From Dehalococcoidia bacterium (lineage in GTDB: Bacteria; Chloroflexota; Dehalococcoidia; UBA2247; RBG-13-53-26), in contig JBGOXA010000003.1 in assembly GCA_041478915.1 (NCBI GenBank), positions 1 through 19,881 on the forward strand: a DNA stretch of 19,881 nt. The letters are read 5' to 3'. The translations under genes were made by a program, and so were the position numbers. Numbering within the stretch: the stretch's first letter is position 1; each line of letters starts with the position of its first letter. The notes below the pieces were generated by a model. The model did not search any database, had not been told where the DNA came from, and saw only the letters and a list, made by a program, of their open reading frames with translations. This document shows positions 15,806 through 19,881 of this stretch, piece after piece.

Positions 15806-16588
15806 CTAGAAAGGGGCGAGTCCGCCATCGACTGATAATTGCACTCCCGTTATGTAGCCGGCCTGGTCAGAAGCCAGAAAGAGCACCGCCGATGCTATTT
15901 CCTGTGGCTGGCCGAACCGGGCGATGGGTTGAGTGGCTACCAACATATCCAGTACATCCTGTGTAAACATTGGGACATGAACGCCACTCTAGGTCCAACC
16001 TGGCGCCATACAGTTGACCGTTATCCCATGCGGTCCCAGTTCCCCGGCAAGACTCCTGGAGAAATGCGCCACGCCTGCCTTGGAGCTTGCATAGATTGAC
16101 AAAGTGGGCGACGGCATTTTGGCAGCATCGGTAGTGATATTGATTATCCTCCCGTAATGCTGGCTTACCATGTGAGGCACAACTGCCCGACACCAGTTCA
16201 GGGTACCTTTGAAGTTACTGTCTATCTGTAAATCACATTCCTCTGGCGTCATGTCAAGAGAAGCCGTAAGTGCGACGTTTGTGACAGCAGCGTTGTTGAC
16301 CAGCATGTCTGTCCGCCCAAACTCCTCGATGGCCTTTCTTGCCATTTCTTCCACATCGGCCCGCACACTGACATCGGTCTTGACAACAAGGACCCGCCGG
16401 CCCAGGGCACGGATCTCATCGACTGTAGCGCGCAGGGTACCCGGCAAACGAAACCGATCCACCGGTTCTTCCACCGAGCGGGCCGCTAGGACGAGGTCAG
16501 CCCCCTCCCGCGCCAAGGCAATGGCTATTGCCTTCCCAATTCCACGGCTGCTGCCAGTTACTATGGCTACTTTGTCCTGGAATCTCAT
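15806..16588 (-). pseudogene. classical SDR (FabG-like) oxidoreductase interrupted by an in-frame TAG
   Basis: TGSSRGIGKA (TGxxxGxG), NNAAV and YASSKAG (YxxxK) lie in the 199-aa ORF 15989-16588. After the TAG at 15991-15989 the same frame continues SGVHVPMF...[36 protein letters not shown] to 15806, the normal SDR C-terminus. Confidence 0.7.
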
Positions 16589-16906
16589 CTATAGAACCTC
16601 CCTGGTGTTGAGAACTCTAGCTAACCGATCTTCTACCTGACGGTCATTGTCCAAACCTGTCATTTCTGTCTGCCATGTCACTGCCCACCCTCACCCGATC
16701 AACTTGAGCCAGGTCATACTTCTTAGCCGAGGCAAGAGAGAAGCCCTCCCACTGGCCCGGTCATAAGCTTGAGCAAGGGCAAATCCGCTCAATACAGAAG
16801 CGCCCCCGGGTTCCCGTTCCTTCGGACAGGCATGGTTGTTGCTGACCAGTTTTGTCAACTAAGCGTTGCCAGGTGGCCTCCTCTCGTGGCTCGGATGGTG
16901 ACGGGT

Positions 16907-17817
16907 TCACAGGTCTCTAGCGATCGTCTTAGGAATAAGCTCCGTCAACTCATCAAGCGTCCAGGGCCCATACTTTTTGTGATCCTTGTAGATTCCCTTT
17001 AGCTCATAGGGCTCTGCATGCAGTGCCACAACCCCGCCGCCGCAGCGAAGCACCCGACCGTTTATGTTGGCTGCCTCGTCCGTTGCCAGGTAGACCACGA
17101 GCGCTGAAAAAACTCAGGTCCGGCCAAATCCAGGAATTCTTCCAATTGCGCTTTGGTCATCGTGCCAGCCTCGTACCATTCCCGAAGCGAAGCCTTGGTA
17201 TATTCGGAGTCCGTCAGCCTGGTTGCTGCTTCGGGGGCAATGGCATTACAGGTAACGCCATACCTCCTCATCTCCCTGGAGAGATATCTGGTTAAGCTTA
17301 CAATTCCTCCCTTTGCCGCCGAATAAGCAGCCGAGCCCAATGTGATCCCATACCAGGCATTAGAGGCGGTGTTTATTATCCGGCCACTCCTCTGGTCTCT
17401 CATCAGGACGGAGGCATGCCGGCAGCAATTGAAGGTTCCCTTGAGATGGACATCAATCATCGCATCCCAATCCCCTTCAGTTATGTCGAATATCACCCCC
17501 GGCCTCACGATACCGGCGCAGTTCACCAGAATATCCAGCCGACCAAAGTTGTCAACGCAGCTCTTGATAAGCCCCTCAGCTTTGCCGAAGTCAGCCACCG
17601 AATCATAATTGGCAACCGCTTGCCCCCCTCGGTTCTTGATTTCCCGGACCACCTCGTCGGCCGGCCCTAAATCAGTCCCACTTCCCTCCCAGGCTACCCC
17701 AGGGTCATTGACCACCACACTGGCGCCTTCGGCAGCCAGGTCCAAAGCTATGGCTCGACCGATTCCCCGGCCAGCCCCAGTCACTACCGCACCTTTGCCA
17801 TTCAGTCTTTGACTCAT
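16907..17817 (-). pseudogene. MFE-2/HSD17B4-like SDR (3-hydroxyacyl-CoA-dehydrogenase type) split by a frameshift
   Basis: The N-terminal part (17062-17817) has TGAGRGIGRA, VVVND, GGQAVANYDSV, NCAGI and YSAAKGG. The C-terminal part continues in another frame (16907-17098): (SAL)VVYLATDEAANINGRVL.... The frames meet at the A6 run 17107-17112. Confidence 0.7.
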
Positions 17818-18158
17818 TTCACGATGCCTCCTCAGCTTGGACTAGTGCTTAGTTGCGGAAATACCTTTACAAATATCTTGAGTGCGTTCAGCTTTGAGCC
17901 AATGTCGTAACATTTGCGCAATTAGGCACTAGAGTATCTCGATCCTGGCGCTTCTCTGAACAACGGGGTGCCATCCCCCACACTTCTACAGTCCCAAGAT
18001 GCGAGTAACTCGATCAAGTCGGGTCAGGGGTATATTTCCCTCCCCACACATGAAGGATGAGTATGAGGCCACCTTCTCGTCGGGCTCGAGCCCAAACGGG
18101 GGTGCCCCTAAGACCAAGAACCTGCTGCTGTTCCGCTCCGAAAACGAGCTTCTGCTCT

Positions 18159-19388
18159 TTACTCCGGTATCAAAGGCAGCCAATCAGCAACCCTCACCAG
18201 GTCCTTGTTTTCGGCGCTCCATTTGTAAGCCGCGAGGTCACTGAACAGATACCGCTTAGTCTCATTGTAACCCCATTCCCGATAACCTTCGTAGTGGGCC
18301 GTAAACTTTGCCGCGGCATTATAGAAGGCTTGGCCATCAAAGTTCTCAGCTCCCACCTCTGCTATTGCCTGACGCAAAATGTCAAAGAAGCAGTACATCC
18401 CATGGAATGAACCTACATAACCTATGCCCTGATAGATCAGATCATCAGCTTCCCCAGGATGGTACTTGTGCACCAACTCTTCGGCCAACTCGACTATGGG
18501 AGTGGTTTCATTCCACCATCGCGTCGGAAACAGAGTCAACGTTCCGTCCATCCCTTTCCAGCCAACCGCGTCCAGGTATAGACCCTTGCCAGAAGCGAAA
18601 GAGTCAGTAGACACCCACGTCGTCTTGTATCCATGGCCCAGAAAGCCCTCTAGAAAGGAAACCGATCCTGCATTGACATCAGTAGTGAATATGTAGTCGC
18701 ACCCTTTCAGCTTGTCTATCGCCCCGAAACCATAGCTCATTGTGCCCGCAGGCATTATTGAATCACCAACATACTCAAAGAGATCCGGGTGAGCTTGGCA
18801 GAAGTCCTTGATTGCTCGCACAGAATCAAGATTGTTCGAAACTGCCCAACCAAAAGCACCAATCTTGGGGACCATGGTATCATAATAGGGCCACTGTTCG
18901 CTGAGCCATTTCATGATGGTCGTTGCCACATCATAGAAAGTGGGACCAACACAAAACACCCATCCCGGAGGCTCTAGCATGCTCGCAGTAGAGGACCAAG
19001 TGAAAATCGGCACCTTGTCCCTTTCCGCAAAGGGTTTCAGGATATCTGGGGTGGTGTGCTGAGGAGTGATGATTAATTCTGCTCCGCGTCCCCTGCACCA
19101 GTCATAGCCAGGTACATCCCTGGCTGGGTCAAACCTGGCATCAAAAGTGACAAGTCTTATCTGCACCCGAGGGATCGGGTCATCCTCATTAATGTGCCTG
19201 ACGAAATCGTTCATGGCTAAGTTGAGGGTGCGCAGTGCCATTGCCCCAGGTCCCGTGTAATCACTCATGAAACCAAGCGTAATAACTACCGGTCCTCCTT
19301 GGCGTTTGTGGCCGCAAGACAAGCAAAGCACGGCTATTAGGGTCAGGACCAGAAACAAAGCTATCGCCCTTCTATACTTACTCTTCAT
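18159..19388 (-). CDS. ABC-transporter substrate-binding protein (type-I periplasmic binding fold, Leu/Ile/Val-binding-like), probable lipoprotein
   Basis: 409 aa. N-terminal signal MKSKYRRAIALFLVLTLIAVLCLSCG with a Cys-containing lipobox-like end. The body resembles the Peripla_BP_6 family (ITLGFMSDYTGPGA..., FDARFDP...). GAGGAGG SD. No permease or ATPase gene is in the window. Confidence 0.8.
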   Translation of the reverse strand: MKSKYRRAIALFLVLTLIAVLCLSCGHKRQGGPVVITLGFMSDYTGPGAMALRTLNLAMNDFVRHINEDDPIPRVQIRLVTFDARFDPARDVPGYDWCRGRGAELIITPQHTTPDILKPFAERDKVPIFTWSSTASMLEPPGWVFCVGPTFYDVATTIMKWLSEQWPYYDTMVPKIGAFGWAVSNNLDSVRAIKDFCQAHPDLFEYVGDSIMPAGTMSYGFGAIDKLKGCDYIFTTDVNAGSVSFLEGFLGHGYKTTWVSTDSFASGKGLYLDAVGWKGMDGTLTLFPTRWWNETTPIVELAEELVHKYHPGEADDLIYQGIGYVGSFHGMYCFFDILRQAIAEVGAENFDGQAFYNAAAKFTAHYEGYREWGYNETKRYLFSDLAAYKWSAENKDLVRVADWLPLIPE

Positions 19389-19391
19389 TTC

Positions 19392-19881
19392 TTACCTCCT
19401 CACATGAGAATATGCCACACGTTTCAATAGTGACCTTTTCATGTCCTTTATGGATACAGCAACATGATTCAGACGCGCGTCAAAAGCCCCCTTTCTGGTT
19501 GTTATCCCAGTACAAGCTTCGTTCGAACCGAAGGTGGCCCTAGAAGAACTGCAGTCGAGATCCTCCTCCGAACGGGGCAACTCAGTAAACTGTAGTGTCA
19601 CTCCGTCAGGATCAAAATAGAGGACCTGTCTCGACTCTATATACCACTTGGAACTTGAAGGTCCAAATAGGAGTTCTAGGCTTGAAGCCCTTTTCCTCCA
19701 AGTCCTTTACCACCTTGTCCAAATCGGGCACCATCCAGTCCACCTCCTTGAGGCCTGTGGTCCTATACGCCGGATGCTCCGGAGGGCTCTCGGTGACTCG
19801 GGGATGTCGCCACTCCTGCAGTTCCAGCGAGCTCTGACCATCACTTAGAATCACCAACCTGAAGGCAGCACCTCTGTCAAA
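19392..19881 (-). pseudogene. VOC-family gene (5' end outside the window) with a frameshift, fused to a short N-terminal fragment of a second VOC module
   Basis: Frame A is open from the window edge: FDRGAAFRLVILSDGQSSLELQEW...DLDKVVKDLEEKGFKP..., stopping at 19612. The expected VOC C-terminus (Q)VLYFDPDGVTLQFTE lies in the +1 frame. That frame runs on through ARLNHVAVSIKDMKRSL (a VOC beta-1 start) and stops 3 nt before the SBP ATG. Confidence 0.55.

Noticed and set aside
15989-15991. The in-frame TAG in the SDR, considered as a pyrrolysine codon or programmed readthrough.
   Set aside because: No pyl genes are visible. The SDR family is not known to use Pyl. TAG is used as an ordinary stop in this window (hisI, the full-length end of this same SDR). 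A nonsense mutation or base error is simpler.
16589-16906. The 318-nt spacer between the two SDR genes, which carries a long frame with one TGA (...GRFCIERICPCSSL*PGQWEGFSLASAKKYDLAQVDRVRVGSD...).
   Set aside because: It has no canonical start codon, no SD and no recognisable domain. It is probably an eroded remnant or plain spacer.
1-19881. A search for CRISPR repeats, tRNA (GTTCGAATC-type T-loops), rRNA, and tmRNA 3' ends.
   Set aside because: None was found by eye on either strand.

Overview
No tools were used. All calls rest on reading the ORF track and the DNA by eye, with motifs recalled from memory, so every family assignment needs HMM or BLAST confirmation. The window has two contrasting parts.

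**Left part (1-6873).** This is ordinary housekeeping DNA. On the plus strand: rpiB, dxs, a polyprenyl diphosphate synthase, hisA and hisI. On the minus strand: the rplU-rpmA-rpmE ribosomal-protein operon plus a DUF1385 gene. The operon has a good TTGACA/TAAAAT promoter. Two ORF-track starts need correction. rpmE starts at GTG 6201. rplU appears to start at an ATT codon at 6810.

**Unexplained gap (about 6874-7866).** Roughly 1 kb has no credible ORF. Its plus strand is strikingly purine-rich and full of hairpins. I could not assign it to any RNA family.

**Right part (7926-19881).** This looks accessory.
- A crotonase-fold protein that lacks both canonical catalytic Glu residues, and an MBL-fold hydrolase.
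- A patch of mobile-element debris at 9878-10653: an ISL3 transposase C-terminal fragment abutting a serine-recombinase-like fragment.
- A 9-kb run of minus-strand genes: a solute-binding lipoprotein; two SDR genes, both disrupted (one by an in-frame TAG, one by a frameshift in an A6 run); a short atypical MDR dehydrogenase; a VOC protein; a 747-aa DmsA-type molybdopterin oxidoreductase; and a second copy of the same atypical MDR (249/321 residues identical by my manual count).
- A frameshifted VOC gene runs off the right edge.

**Best candidate for something new.** The molybdopterin enzyme has no Tat leader and no FeS or membrane partner anywhere in the window. It sits with paralogous dehydrogenases in a module next to mobile-element remnants, which suggests a cytoplasmic, non-respiratory catabolic function.

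No rRNA, tRNA or CRISPR array was seen.
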